From: Actinomycetota bacterium | Lineage (GTDB): Bacteria > Actinomycetota > Actinomycetes > Mycobacteriales > SCTD01 | Direction: 5' to 3' | NCBI GenBank assembly: GCA_046723735.1 | Contig: JBKOVB010000056.1 | Span: 14,776-78,775 of the forward strand | Length of the DNA: 64,000 nucleotides | The notes under the pieces: model-generated | Told to the model about the DNA's origin: nothing | Seen by the model: only the letters and a program-made list of their open reading frames with translations | The model's database searches: none | In this document: piece after piece, positions 9,655 to 18,660 of the stretch | How positions within the stretch are numbered: the first letter of the stretch is position 1 | Layout: the number at the start of each line of letters is the position of its first letter | Program-made: the position numbers and the translations under genes

Positions 9655-10766
9655 GCCTCGCCCCCGCCGACGTACTCGCGGGGCAGCCGCGGCCCCATCC
9701 GGGTCACCACCTCGTAGTCGATGGTCCCCATCGCAGCCGCCCAGTCGTCCGCGAGCGGACCGCCGGGCTCGCCGAACAGCACCACCTCGTCGCCCGGCCG
9801 GACGTCCTGGTCGCCCACGTCGACGACGAGCTGGTCCATCGCCACCCGCCCGCACACCCGGTGTTGCTGCCCGCCGACGAGCACCGGAGCGGTGTTCGAG
9901 GCGGCGACCGGGACGCCGTCGCCGTACCCCAGGGGAACCAGCGCGAGCGTGGTCTCGCGGTCGGTCGTGTAGAGGTGGTCGTAGCTGACGCCCGCGCCCG
10001 CCGGCACCCGCTTCACGAGCGCGACGTGCGAGCGCACCGACATCACGGGACGCAGCCCGAAGTCCTGGTCAGGGACCGGGCGCAGGCCGTAGAGCGCGGC
10101 GCCCGCTCGCACGAGGTCGTAGTGCGTGTCCGGAGCGGTGAGCAGTGCGCCGGAGTTCGCGAGGTGCCGCACCTCGGGACGCAGCCCGTGACCGGCCGCC
10201 ACGTCCAGCGCCTCGACGAAGGCAGTGCTCTGCGCGCGGTTGCTCGGGTGGTCGGGCCCCTTCTCGGAGGAGGCGAAGTGGCTCCACACGCCGACGACAG
10301 CGACGCTGCCGTCGGCCTCCGCCTTGGCCGCTGCCTCGCACAGGGCCGGCCAGTCGTCGGCCGTCGCCCCGCCCCGGGACAGGCCGGTGTCGGCCTTGAG
10401 GTGCAGCCTCGCCGTACGCCCGGTCTGCTCCGCCGCCGCCACGGCCCGGTCCAGCTCCGCGCGGCTGTAGACCCCGAGGTCCACGTCGGCGGCCACCGCC
10501 GGGGCGAGGTCCTCGCCCGGCACGAACAGCCAGCACAGCACCGGGGCGTCGAGGCCGGCCGCCCGCAGGCCCAACGCCTCCTCCAGGAAGGCGACGCCCA
10601 GCCAGCTCGCGCCACCGGCGAGCGCCGCCCTCGCCACCGGGACCATGCCGTGGCCGTAGCCGTCCGCCTTGACGACAGCCATCACGGCGGCGTCGCGGGC
10701 GTGCGCGCGGGCCACGCCCACGTTGTGCACGAGGGCGTCCAGGTCCACACGAGCCAGGGAGCGCAC
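9651..10766 (-). CDS. alr: alanine racemase
   Basis: PLP-site motif AVVKADGYGHG. Start set to the GTG at 10766, 5 nt after the nnr stop; the track ORF's 5' extension overlaps nnr. Confidence 0.9.
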   Translation of the reverse strand: MRSLARVDLDALVHNVGVARAHARDAAVMAVVKADGYGHGMVPVARAALAGGASWLGVAFLEEALGLRAAGLDAPVLCWLFVPGEDLAPAVAADVDLGVYSRAELDRAVAAAEQTGRTARLHLKADTGLSRGGATADDWPALCEAAAKAEADGSVAVVGVWSHFASSEKGPDHPSNRAQSTAFVEALDVAAGHGLRPEVRHLANSGALLTAPDTHYDLVRAGAALYGLRPVPDQDFGLRPVMSVRSHVALVKRVPAGAGVSYDHLYTTDRETTLALVPLGYGDGVPVAASNTAPVLVGGQQHRVCGRVAMDQLVVDVGDQDVRPGDEVVLFGEPGGPLADDWAAAMGTIDYEVVTRMGPRLPREYVGGGEA

Positions 10767-10770
10767 GGCG

Positions 10771-12153
10771 TCAGTCTTCCGCACGCAACGCCCGCAGCAC
10801 GCGTGGCCACGCCTCGATGAGGCCGCCTGCTCCCGGACCGGCGAGCGCGCCCGCCCGCCCGTGCAGGTGCGCCCCGACGCTCGCGGCGTCCAGCGGGTCG
10901 AGGCCCTGGGCGAGCAGCGACCCGATCGCCCCGGACAGCACGTCACCCGAGCCCGCGCTGGCGAGCGCCGGGTTGCCCGTCGTGTTGACGCGCACGCGGC
11001 CGTCCGGGGCGGCGACCACGGTGGCGTCGCCCTTGAGCAGCACGTGCACGCTGTGCTCGGCCGCGAGCCGGCGCGCCGCACCGATCCGGTCAGGGCCGAC
11101 CTCCGCGCCGAACCGTGCGAACTCGCGGTCGTGCGGGGTCAGCACCGTCGGTGCGGTGCGCCGCTGCAACAGGTACGGGTGCTGCGCGCACAGCGTCAGC
11201 GCGTCCGCGTCCACGAGCACCGGCACGTCGGTGCTGAGCACGTGCAGCAGCAGCGGTTCGGCGTCCAGGCCCAGGCCCGGCCCGACCACCCACGCCTGCA
11301 CCTGGCCGGTCTGTTCGAACGTCGAGGTGACGACCGCCTCGGGCCAGTGCGCACGCACCTGCGCGGCCGGCGCGTCGGCGCCGACGTACCGCACCATGCC
11401 GGCGCCCGCGCGGACCGCCGCGCCCACGGCGAGCACCGGCGCCCCCGTGTACGTCGGGGACCCCGCCGCCACGCCCAGCACTCCTCGGGCGTACTTGTCC
11501 GCGGTGGGTGCGAGGACAGGCAGCAGCGCGCGCGCGTCGGCGTCGCTGAGCGCCTCCACGTCCGGTTCCGGAAGGGTCAGCCCGACGTCGACGAGCTCCA
11601 GCTCCCCGACGTGCGACCGGGCCAGCAGCAGCCCCGGCTTGAGCGTCCCGAAGGTGACCGTGAGGTCGGCGCGGACGGCCCCGGGCGAGACCTCGCCGGT
11701 GTCCGCGTCGACCCCGCTCGGCACGTCGACGGCCACGACGTAGGCCGCCCCCAGGCCCGCCACGACCACCGCCGCGGCCGGTCGCAGCGGGCCGCGGCCG
11801 CCGATGCCGACGAGACCGTCGAGCACCACCTCGGCGGCCTCCAGCGCCTCCGGAGTGCCCACCCGACCGCCTGCGCGCAGGAACGCCGCGAACGCGTCGG
11901 GCACCGGGTCGCCGACGAGCACCGCCACGACGGCCGCGCCCCGTCGGGCCAGCCACGCGCCGGCCCAGAGGGTGTCGGCGCCGTTGTTGCCCGCGCCCAC
12001 GAGAAGGGCCACGCGTGCGCCGTACACGAAGGGCAACCGCCGGGCCACCGCGACGGCGAGCCCGGTCGACGCCCGCGCCATGAGCGGTACGCCCGCCGCG
12101 AGCAGCGGCTCCTCGGCGGCCCGCACCTGCGCGACGGTGTGGGCGGCCCTCAC
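10771..12153 (-). CDS. nnr: bifunctional NAD(P)H-hydrate epimerase / ADP-dependent dehydratase
   Basis: 460-aa ORF with a YjeF_N-like N-terminal half (GAGNNGAD) and a carbohydrate-kinase-like C-terminal half (GSGDVLSG). Confidence 0.85.
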   Translation of the reverse strand: MRAAHTVAQVRAAEEPLLAAGVPLMARASTGLAVAVARRLPFVYGARVALLVGAGNNGADTLWAGAWLARRGAAVVAVLVGDPVPDAFAAFLRAGGRVGTPEALEAAEVVLDGLVGIGGRGPLRPAAAVVVAGLGAAYVVAVDVPSGVDADTGEVSPGAVRADLTVTFGTLKPGLLLARSHVGELELVDVGLTLPEPDVEALSDADARALLPVLAPTADKYARGVLGVAAGSPTYTGAPVLAVGAAVRAGAGMVRYVGADAPAAQVRAHWPEAVVTSTFEQTGQVQAWVVGPGLGLDAEPLLLHVLSTDVPVLVDADALTLCAQHPYLLQRRTAPTVLTPHDREFARFGAEVGPDRIGAARRLAAEHSVHVLLKGDATVVAAPDGRVRVNTTGNPALASAGSGDVLSGAIGSLLAQGLDPLDAASVGAHLHGRAGALAGPGAGGLIEAWPRVLRALRAED

Positions 12154-12166
12154 CCGGGCTCCCCGG

Positions 12167-12517
12167 TCATGACTCGGCGACCACGAAGGCAGTGGCGATA
12201 CCGGCGTCGTGCGACAGCGAGAGGTGCCAGCACCTGATGCCGAGCTTCTCCGCGCAGGCGGCGGCCTCGCCGTGCAGCACCAGCGTGGGCTTGCCCGACT
12301 CCTCGGGCACCACCTCGGCCTCGACCCAGGCGAGACCGGGGGCGCCGAGCACCTTGGCGACCGCCTCCTTGGCGGCGAACCGTACGGCGAGCGACTCCAC
12401 CTTCTCGAGCCTCTGCTCCGCCTCGGTGAACAGCCGCTGCAGCAGCGAAGGGGTGCGCTCGAGGGAGCGGGCGAGCCGGGCGACCTCCACCACGTCGACC
12501 CCGACCCCGACGATCAT
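12167..12517 (-). CDS. acpS: holo-[acyl-carrier-protein] synthase
   Basis: Starts [12 protein letters not shown] and contains the FAAKEA motif. Start at the ATG at 12517, 7 nt after the glmS stop. Confidence 0.85.
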   Translation of the reverse strand: MIVGVGVDVVEVARLARSLERTPSLLQRLFTEAEQRLEKVESLAVRFAAKEAVAKVLGAPGLAWVEAEVVPEESGKPTLVLHGEAAACAEKLGIRCWHLSLSHDAGIATAFVVAES

Positions 12518-12524
12518 CGCCCGG

Positions 12525-14354
12525 TCACTCCACCGTGACGGACTTGGCGAGGTTGCGCGGCTGGTCGACGTCGAGCCCACGGGCCCGGGCCACCTCGGCG
12601 GCGAGCACCTGCATCGGCACCAGTGTGAGCAGCGGGGTGAGCAGCGACTTGGTGTCCGGCACCCGGATGACGGTGTCGGCGTACGGCGTCACCGCCTCGT
12701 CCCCGTCGGTCGCGATCACGACGGTGCGGGCGCCGCGCGCTCGCACCTCCTGGACGTTGTTGACGAGCTTCGGCTGCAGCGCGTGCCGGGGGGCCACGAC
12801 CAGCACCGGGGTGCCCGGCTCCACGAGCGCGATCGGGCCGTGCTTGATCTCGCCGGCCGGGAAGCCCTCCGCGCTGACGTAGGCGAGCTCCTTGAGCTTC
12901 AGCGCCCCCTCGAGGGCGACCGGGTACCCGACGTGCCGGCCCAGGAACAGCACCCGCTGCTCGTCGGCCAGGTCGCGGGCCAGCTCTCGGACCGGCTCCA
13001 TGCGGGACAGCACCTCGGTGAGCAGGTCCGGGATCGACTGCAGGTCTCGCAGGTGCGAGCGCACCTCGTCGGCGTCGCGGGTGCCGCGCACCTGGGCAAG
13101 GTAGAGCCCCACGAGGTACATCGCGGTGATCTGCGTCATGACCGCCTTGGTCGACGCGACCGCCACCTCCGGGCCACCGCGGGTGTACAGCGCCGCGTCG
13201 CTCTCGCGCGCGATGGTCGAGCCGACCGTGTTGGTCACTGCGAGCACCTTGGCCCGCTGGGCGCGCGCGTGCCGTAGCGCCTCGAGCGTGTCGGCCGTCT
13301 CGCCGGACTGGGAGATCGCGATGACGAGGGTGTGCCGGCCGAGCACCGGGTCGCGGTAGCGGAACTCGCTGGCCACCTCGATCTGCACCGGCAGCCGGCA
13401 CCAGCGCTCGATGGCGTACTTGCCGACCAGCCCCGAGTAGTACGCCGAGCCGCAGCCGATGATGAAGACCTGGTCGATCTCGCGGACGTCCTCGTCGCTC
13501 ATCGACAGCTCGTCGAGGTGCAGCAGCCCATCCGCGGTGAGCCGACCGCCGAGCGTCTCGCGCACCGCCGACGGCTGCTCCTCGATCTCCTTGAGCATGA
13601 AGAACTCGTGGCCGCCCTTCTCGGCGGCATCGGTGTCCCAGTCGACGTGGTAGCTCGTGCCCTCGGCCACATTGCCGTCGAGGTCGGTGACGACGACGCC
13701 CGTACGACGGAGCTCCACCACCTGGTCCTGGTCGACGGCACGCGCCTCGCGGGTGTGCGCGATGAAGGCCGTGACGTCGGAGCCGAGGAAGTTCTCGCCC
13801 TCGCCGAGCCCGACCACCAGCGGCAGGTTGCGGCGGGCCGCCACGACGAGCCCCGGCTCGTCCTGGTGGGCCACCACGAGCACGAACGAGCCCTCGAGGT
13901 CCTTGCAGATCGACCGGACCGTGGCGGCCAGGTCGCCGTCGTACCGCTCCTCGACGAGGTGGGCGACGACCTCGGTGTCGGTGTCGGAGCGGCGCAGGTG
14001 TCCGCGCTCCTCGAGGCCGGCGACGAGCTCCTCGAAGTTCTCGATGGTGCCGTTGTGCACCACCGCGACCTTCTCGGAGCAGTCCAGGTGCGGGTGCGCG
14101 TTGCGGTCGGTGGGGGCGCCGTGCGTGGCCCAGCGGGTGTGCCCGATGCCGAGCGACCCCGGCAGCGCACGGGTGGCGAGGGCCTTCTCGAGGTTGACGA
14201 GCTTGCCGGCCCGGCGCTCGGTCTGCAGCACGCCCCCGGGGCTCAGGACGGCGACGCCGGCGCTGTCGTAGCCGCGGTACTCCAGCCGCCTCAGGCCGCC
14301 GAGCACGACCTCCAGGGCGTCCTTGTCACCGACGTAGCCCACGATGCCGCACAT
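12525..14354 (-). CDS. glmS: glutamine--fructose-6-phosphate aminotransferase
   Basis: N-terminal MCGIVGY, two SIS domains, and C-terminal KSVTVE. Confidence 0.95.
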   Translation of the reverse strand: MCGIVGYVGDKDALEVVLGGLRRLEYRGYDSAGVAVLSPGGVLQTERRAGKLVNLEKALATRALPGSLGIGHTRWATHGAPTDRNAHPHLDCSEKVAVVHNGTIENFEELVAGLEERGHLRRSDTDTEVVAHLVEERYDGDLAATVRSICKDLEGSFVLVVAHQDEPGLVVAARRNLPLVVGLGEGENFLGSDVTAFIAHTREARAVDQDQVVELRRTGVVVTDLDGNVAEGTSYHVDWDTDAAEKGGHEFFMLKEIEEQPSAVRETLGGRLTADGLLHLDELSMSDEDVREIDQVFIIGCGSAYYSGLVGKYAIERWCRLPVQIEVASEFRYRDPVLGRHTLVIAISQSGETADTLEALRHARAQRAKVLAVTNTVGSTIARESDAALYTRGGPEVAVASTKAVMTQITAMYLVGLYLAQVRGTRDADEVRSHLRDLQSIPDLLTEVLSRMEPVRELARDLADEQRVLFLGRHVGYPVALEGALKLKELAYVSAEGFPAGEIKHGPIALVEPGTPVLVVAPRHALQPKLVNNVQEVRARGARTVVIATDGDEAVTPYADTVIRVPDTKSLLTPLLTLVPMQVLAAEVARARGLDVDQPRNLAKSVTVE

Positions 14355-14363
14355 GGCGCCAGG

Positions 14364-16844
14364 CTAATGGGTTACCTGGGCGCGCAGCGCGCGTCTCAGG
14401 TCGTCGAGCTGCTCGAGGACCACCCTGCGCGCGGCCGGGTGCAGCCCATCGTCCGCGATCAGCCCCTCCACCTTCGTGACCACCTCCGGCTGAACGAGCG
14501 TGGAGGGGAAGCCGAACTGCGTGAGGGCTTGGGCGAGCTGCGGCGACAGCGACTGCCACCAGCCGTCGACGGCGGACAGGTAGGCGTCGACGTACGGCGA
14601 CAGCAGCTCCTCCTGGCCGCGCTGCCAGAAGCCGGCCCCCATGGTCCGGGCCTGCGCGGTGGTGACCTGCCCGGCAGCCAGGGCCTCCCAGGTGCGCCGC
14701 TTGACCTGCTCGTCCGGCAGCGCGGCCAGCGCCGCCTCCGCCTGCAGCTGCCCGCTCGCCGTGCGGTCGCGGGCGAGCTCCTGGGCGACGTCGTCCTCGC
14801 AGAGCAGCCCGAGGGCGGCAGCGCGGCGGACGACGTGCCAGCGCAGCTCGGCGTCGACGACCAGCCCGTCGGGGACGCCGGTGCCGCCGAGCAGCCCGCG
14901 CAGCAGGTCCGCGTCGTGGGTGGCTGCGACCGCGGCCCGCACCCGGACCAGCTGCAGGTCGCTGCCCGGCTCGACCGGGGCGGCCCAGCAGGAGGCCGCG
15001 ATCGTGTCGAGCAGCTCCCTGGACGGGAGTCGCCCTGCGCCCCCGCCAGCCGTCCCCTCCTGGGGCGCACCGCGACTCCCGTCCACGTACAGCGCCGCGG
15101 CGCGGGTGGCCCAGGCGAGCAGCGTCTCGACGAGCGACGGGTCGTGCTCGCTGCCGACCCCGGCGAGCACTGCCCCGACGAAGCCGTCCGCGGACAGCTC
15201 CGCGTCGCGGCACGCGTCCCACAGCGCCGCCCAGCACACCGCCCGGGCCAGCCGGTCCTCCACCTCGCCGAGCGTGGCCAGCACGGTGGCGAGCGAACGC
15301 TCGTCGAAGCGGACCTTCGCGAAGGTCAGGTCGCCGTCGTTGAGCAGCACCAGGTCCGCCGGCGCGACCTCGGTGGCGGTGACCGCGCCGGAGACCTCGA
15401 CCGGCACCCGTTCGCGCAGCCGCAGCGCGCCGTCCACCCGGTCGTAGCAGCCGACCTCGATCACGTGAGGCCGCAGCGGCTCCCCCTCCTGGACGACCGT
15501 GAGGCGTCCGTCGTCCCAGCGCGGACGCAGCGTCGCCACCCCGCTGGTCTCCAGCCAGAGCCGGGCCCAGCTCTGCAGGTCGCGCCCGCTGACTCGCTCG
15601 AGCGCGCCGAGCAGGTCCTCGAGGTCGGTGTTGCCGAAGGCGTGCGCGGTGAGGTAGTCACGCAGCCCCCGGAAGAAGGTGTCCTCGCCGACGAAGGCGA
15701 CGAGCTGGCGCAGCACCGAGGCGCCCTTGGCGTACGAGATCCCGTCGAAGTTGAGCAGGGCGCTGCGCGTGTCGGGCACCGGTCCGGCCACCGGGTGCGT
15801 CGTGGGCAGCTGGTCGGCGCGGTAGCCCCACGCCTTGCGCCCCAGGCAGAAGTCGGCCCAGGCCCCATCGAAACGGGTCGTCGCCTCGATGGTGTGCAGG
15901 CCCATGAACTCGGCGAACGACTCGTTGAGCCACACGCCGTCCCACCAGCGCATCGTCACGAGGTCGCCGAACCACATGTGCGCCATCTCGTGCGCCACCA
16001 CCTGCCCCCGCAGCCGGCGGTTGCCCTCGGTGGTGCGCGACCGGTAGAGGAAGCCCTCGTCGTTGAAGGTCACGAGGCCGGGGTTCTCCATCGCCCCCGC
16101 GTTGAACTCCGGCACGAAGACCTGGCCGTAGCTGTCCCCGAACGGATACCTGCTGCCGAAGTCGCGCTGCTGCTGGTCGAGGCACTGAGCCGTGATCTCG
16201 AGCAGCTCGTCGGCCTCGAGGTGCGGAGCCATGGATGCCCGGCACCAGACCGCGAGCTCGATGCCGTCGTGGGTGCGCGTCTCGCCGTACCAGGGACCCG
16301 CCGCCAGCGTCACGAGGTACGGCGACAGGCGGGCCGTCTCGGCGAAGCGCCACTGCCCGTCGTGCAGCTCCCCGCGGGTGTTCGACAGCACCCGGTGCCC
16401 GTCGGGGGCCGTCACCGACAACCGCACGACGGCCTTGAGGTCGGGCTGGTCGAAGCAGGCGAAGAACCGCTGGGCGTCGTCGAGGAAGGCCTGCGCGTAC
16501 ACGTAGACCTGCTCGTCGGCGGGGTCGACGAACCGGTGCAGCCCCTCGCCGCTGCGGGTGTAGGCGCACACCGCCTCGACCTGCGCGACGTGCTCGCCGC
16601 CGAGCCCGTCGAGGTGCAGCCGGTTGCCGTCCAGGGTGAGCGGGCGGCCGTCGAGGGTCGCGCTGACGAGGCGCACACAGTCCAGCTCGAGGAAGGTCCG
16701 CGCACCCTCCACGGCCGTGAACCGGACCTCCGTGCGGGAGCCGTAGTGCTCGGTCCCCTGCGTCAGGTCCAGCGCCACGTCGTACGACGAGACGCTGACC
16801 GCAGCGGCACGGGCGCGTGCCTCATCCTCGGTGAGGTTCCGCAT
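14364..16844 (-). CDS. pepN: aminopeptidase N (M1 family)
   Basis: GAMEN motif and HEMAHMWFGDLVT...WLNESFAE zinc site. 826 aa. Confidence 0.9.
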   Translation of the reverse strand: MRNLTEDEARARAAAVSVSSYDVALDLTQGTEHYGSRTEVRFTAVEGARTFLELDCVRLVSATLDGRPLTLDGNRLHLDGLGGEHVAQVEAVCAYTRSGEGLHRFVDPADEQVYVYAQAFLDDAQRFFACFDQPDLKAVVRLSVTAPDGHRVLSNTRGELHDGQWRFAETARLSPYLVTLAAGPWYGETRTHDGIELAVWCRASMAPHLEADELLEITAQCLDQQQRDFGSRYPFGDSYGQVFVPEFNAGAMENPGLVTFNDEGFLYRSRTTEGNRRLRGQVVAHEMAHMWFGDLVTMRWWDGVWLNESFAEFMGLHTIEATTRFDGAWADFCLGRKAWGYRADQLPTTHPVAGPVPDTRSALLNFDGISYAKGASVLRQLVAFVGEDTFFRGLRDYLTAHAFGNTDLEDLLGALERVSGRDLQSWARLWLETSGVATLRPRWDDGRLTVVQEGEPLRPHVIEVGCYDRVDGALRLRERVPVEVSGAVTATEVAPADLVLLNDGDLTFAKVRFDERSLATVLATLGEVEDRLARAVCWAALWDACRDAELSADGFVGAVLAGVGSEHDPSLVETLLAWATRAAALYVDGSRGAPQEGTAGGGAGRLPSRELLDTIAASCWAAPVEPGSDLQLVRVRAAVAATHDADLLRGLLGGTGVPDGLVVDAELRWHVVRRAAALGLLCEDDVAQELARDRTASGQLQAEAALAALPDEQVKRRTWEALAAGQVTTAQARTMGAGFWQRGQEELLSPYVDAYLSAVDGWWQSLSPQLAQALTQFGFPSTLVQPEVVTKVEGLIADDGLHPAARRVVLEQLDDLRRALRAQVTH
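15022..15083. repeat. copy C of the 62-nt nested palindromic element, inside the pepN coding sequence
   Basis: GACGGGAGTCG-ccct-GCGCCCC-(18 nt)-GGGGCGC-accg-CGACTCCCGTC. Translated in the pepN frame as VDGSRGAPQEGTAGGGAGRLPS. Confidence 0.65.
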
Positions 16845-16850
16845 CCTCAG

Positions 16851-16856
16851 ACCCTA
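16851..16856 (-). promoter_or_regulatory. candidate -10 box TAGGGT, 6 nt upstream of the pepN ATG (possible leaderless start)
   Basis: Minus-strand sequence is CGACTCCCGTC-N12-CTAGGGT-ctgagg-ATG. It matches TANNNT and has the same layout as upstream of tsaB. Confidence 0.3.
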
Positions 16857-16869
16857 GGGCGTGCGGAGG

Positions 16870-16931
16870 GACGGGAGTCGGCTCGCGCCCCGTGGCGGCG
16901 GGCCGCCACGGGGCGCAGAGCGACTCCCGTC
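16870..16931. repeat. copy B (complete) of the 62-nt nested palindromic element; likely terminator of the S53 peptidase gene
   Basis: GACGGGAGTCG-gctc-GCGCCCCGTGGCGGC-gg-GCCGCCACGGGGCGC-agag-CGACTCCCGTC. Outer stem 11 bp, inner stem about 14-15 bp. Confidence 0.7.
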
Positions 16932-16944
16932 GAGGGCAGGTGGC

Positions 16945-18471
16945 TCAGGCGGCCGTCAGGGCAGCGACCCAGCCCGGCGCCCACGGCGTGCCCCATCCGG
17001 TGGTGAGGTCGTAGCCGCTGGTCGTCGGGTAGCCCGGCACCGGGTCGGGCGTGAGGAAGCCGTCGGCCGTGTAGGCCCACATCCGGTTGCTGTCGAGGTG
17101 CCCGCTCGGCGTCACGCCGTAGGTGTGCGGGACCACGTCGCGCAGCGCCGAGGCGCGGTCGAAGGACCCGCCGTACAGCACCGGGTTGAGGTTGCCGATC
17201 GGACCCTTGCCCGCGGCGTGCCGCGACTGGTTGGCGATCGCGGTCAGCGCCGCCACCTGCGGCGACGAGGCGGAGGTGCCGCCGAAGACGCCCCAGCGCG
17301 GGCCCCCCTCGATGCGCGGGTAGTACGAGATGAAGGTCAGCACGCCGCCGTTGACGGCCGCGTTCCAGGCCACGTCGGGGACGCCGCGGTGGTTTCCGAC
17401 GACCCCGGCCACTCCGTCCTGGTACGCCGGCCGCCCGTACACGGTCGACAGGCCGCCGCCGGTCGCGATCGGTCCCCAGCCCTCGTTCCAGACCGCCTCG
17501 GAGGACCCGCCCGCGTTCCAGTTCCAGTACGCGAGGTTGCGCGAGCCGTCGTCGTTGAACGGCTTGTCCTGCTGCGGGTCCCAGGTCCAGCCGTCCTGCA
17601 CCTGGGTGCCGCCGACCGACGTCACGTACGGCGAGACGTTCGGGTAGCTGACGGACGGGTGGTCGACGGTGGCCGACTGCCGGTGCGCGCGACCCACCCC
17701 GAGCGAACCGTCGTCTCCGGACGATGAGAAGAACGTGTCACCCTTCGCGAGCCCGTGCTTGAAGGTCTCGTCGAAGCGGGCGAACTGGGTGGACGCCGAC
17801 GAGCCGGCAAACGCCTCCTCGCTGGTGCCGAACGACATCGAGAAGACCGTGCCCGCCGGGTAGCGGTCGATGGCCCAGTCGATGGCCTTCATCATGTTCG
17901 GCAGTCCCTGCACACCCTGCGTCTCGGCGGGCTGCACGGCCACGAGCACGATGTGCGCCTTGGGTGCGATCGCGTAGGCCCACTGCACGTCGAGGTTGGC
18001 CTCGCCGGCCCAGCCGTCGGCAGCCGTCGGGCCGGACTGGCCGCTGCCGTTGCCGGGCGGGTTCTTGTAGTCGATCGGTCCCTGCGGGAACACCTGCTCC
18101 ACGTCGGGCGCCGGCCCGCCGAAGGTCTGGGCGAAGAACTGCACGTCGTGGACGGCGGTCGGGCTGCCGTAGGAGTCGACCAGCACGATCGTCTGGCCGG
18201 CGCCGTCGTTGCTGCCCGCGATCGGGCCGAGGCCGTAGAACGCCCGGATCTGGTCCGGTCCGTAGCAGTGGACGGTGGTGGACACCCGGTTGTCGGGCGC
18301 TGGCCGCTGGCACGCGACGCCGAGCGCACCCGGCGAGGCTGCCTGGAAGGCGGACTCGGGCGCCCGGGCGGCGAACGGGTGGACGGCGATCGCGGCGGCC
18401 ACCGGTGCGGTGGCAGGTGCCGACGCCAGCGCCAGGGCCGCGGCAGGAGCGGCCAGGACGAGCTTGCGCAT
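16945..18471 (-). CDS. secreted serine peptidase, S53 (sedolisin)-like
   Basis: Ala-rich signal peptide MRKLVLAAPAAALALASA. Also YGPDQIRAFYGL, SSSGDDGS and GGTSASSPQVAAL motifs. Family call from memory. Confidence 0.75.
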   Translation of the reverse strand: MRKLVLAAPAAALALASAPATAPVAAAIAVHPFAARAPESAFQAASPGALGVACQRPAPDNRVSTTVHCYGPDQIRAFYGLGPIAGSNDGAGQTIVLVDSYGSPTAVHDVQFFAQTFGGPAPDVEQVFPQGPIDYKNPPGNGSGQSGPTAADGWAGEANLDVQWAYAIAPKAHIVLVAVQPAETQGVQGLPNMMKAIDWAIDRYPAGTVFSMSFGTSEEAFAGSSASTQFARFDETFKHGLAKGDTFFSSSGDDGSLGVGRAHRQSATVDHPSVSYPNVSPYVTSVGGTQVQDGWTWDPQQDKPFNDDGSRNLAYWNWNAGGSSEAVWNEGWGPIATGGGLSTVYGRPAYQDGVAGVVGNHRGVPDVAWNAAVNGGVLTFISYYPRIEGGPRWGVFGGTSASSPQVAALTAIANQSRHAAGKGPIGNLNPVLYGGSFDRASALRDVVPHTYGVTPSGHLDSNRMWAYTADGFLTPDPVPGYPTTSGYDLTTGWGTPWAPGWVAALTAA

Positions 18472-18538
18472 GTTTCGACCTCGTGCTTTCCCCGTGGCTC
18501 GTGACCACGCGATGGGCTGATCGGCCGAGATCTTCCTA

Positions 18539-18590
18539 CTCCGTTCGGAGCAGCCTGAAAAGGTGGTCTGCTCTCACCACCCGAACGGAG
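18539..18590 (-). promoter_or_regulatory. structured 5' region of the peptidase gene with mutually exclusive hairpins
   Basis: CTCCGTTCGG/CCGAACGGAG (10 bp) encloses GGTGGT..ACCACC followed by CUUUUC on the minus strand. The alternative pairing is GAGCAG..CTGCTC. Confidence 0.3.
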
Positions 18591-18637
18591 GAGTCACACG
18601 GGAAGGAGCGCACCCAGACCGGTCGACACCCGGCACG

Positions 18638-18660
18638 CGGGGCGGTACGGGACCGCCCCG
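18638..18660 (-). terminator. hairpin immediately after the glmM stop
   Basis: CGGGGCGGT-acggg-ACCGCCCCG, a 9-bp GC stem with no U-tract. Confidence 0.5.

Noticed and set aside
14355-14363. Possible glmS ribozyme or leader upstream of glmS.
   Set aside because: Only 9 nt separate the pepN stop from the glmS start, which leaves no room for a ribozyme. The glmS ribozyme is also a Firmicute-type element.
13332-17006. Very long plus-strand ORFs antisense to conserved genes: 13332..17006 (1224 aa), 23917..27342 (1141 aa), 46101..49352 (1083 aa), 50872..54006 (1044 aa), 3692..5860, 5980..7812, 40728..42956 and 42960..45140.
   Set aside because: Each lies opposite a strongly conserved minus-strand gene (glmS/pepN, ribosomal protein genes, rpoC, rpoB, tuf, fusA). 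Their translations are dominated by Arg/Gly/His/Asp/Val/Leu, as expected from stop-codon depletion in GC-rich DNA. I recognise no motifs and saw no SD sequences.
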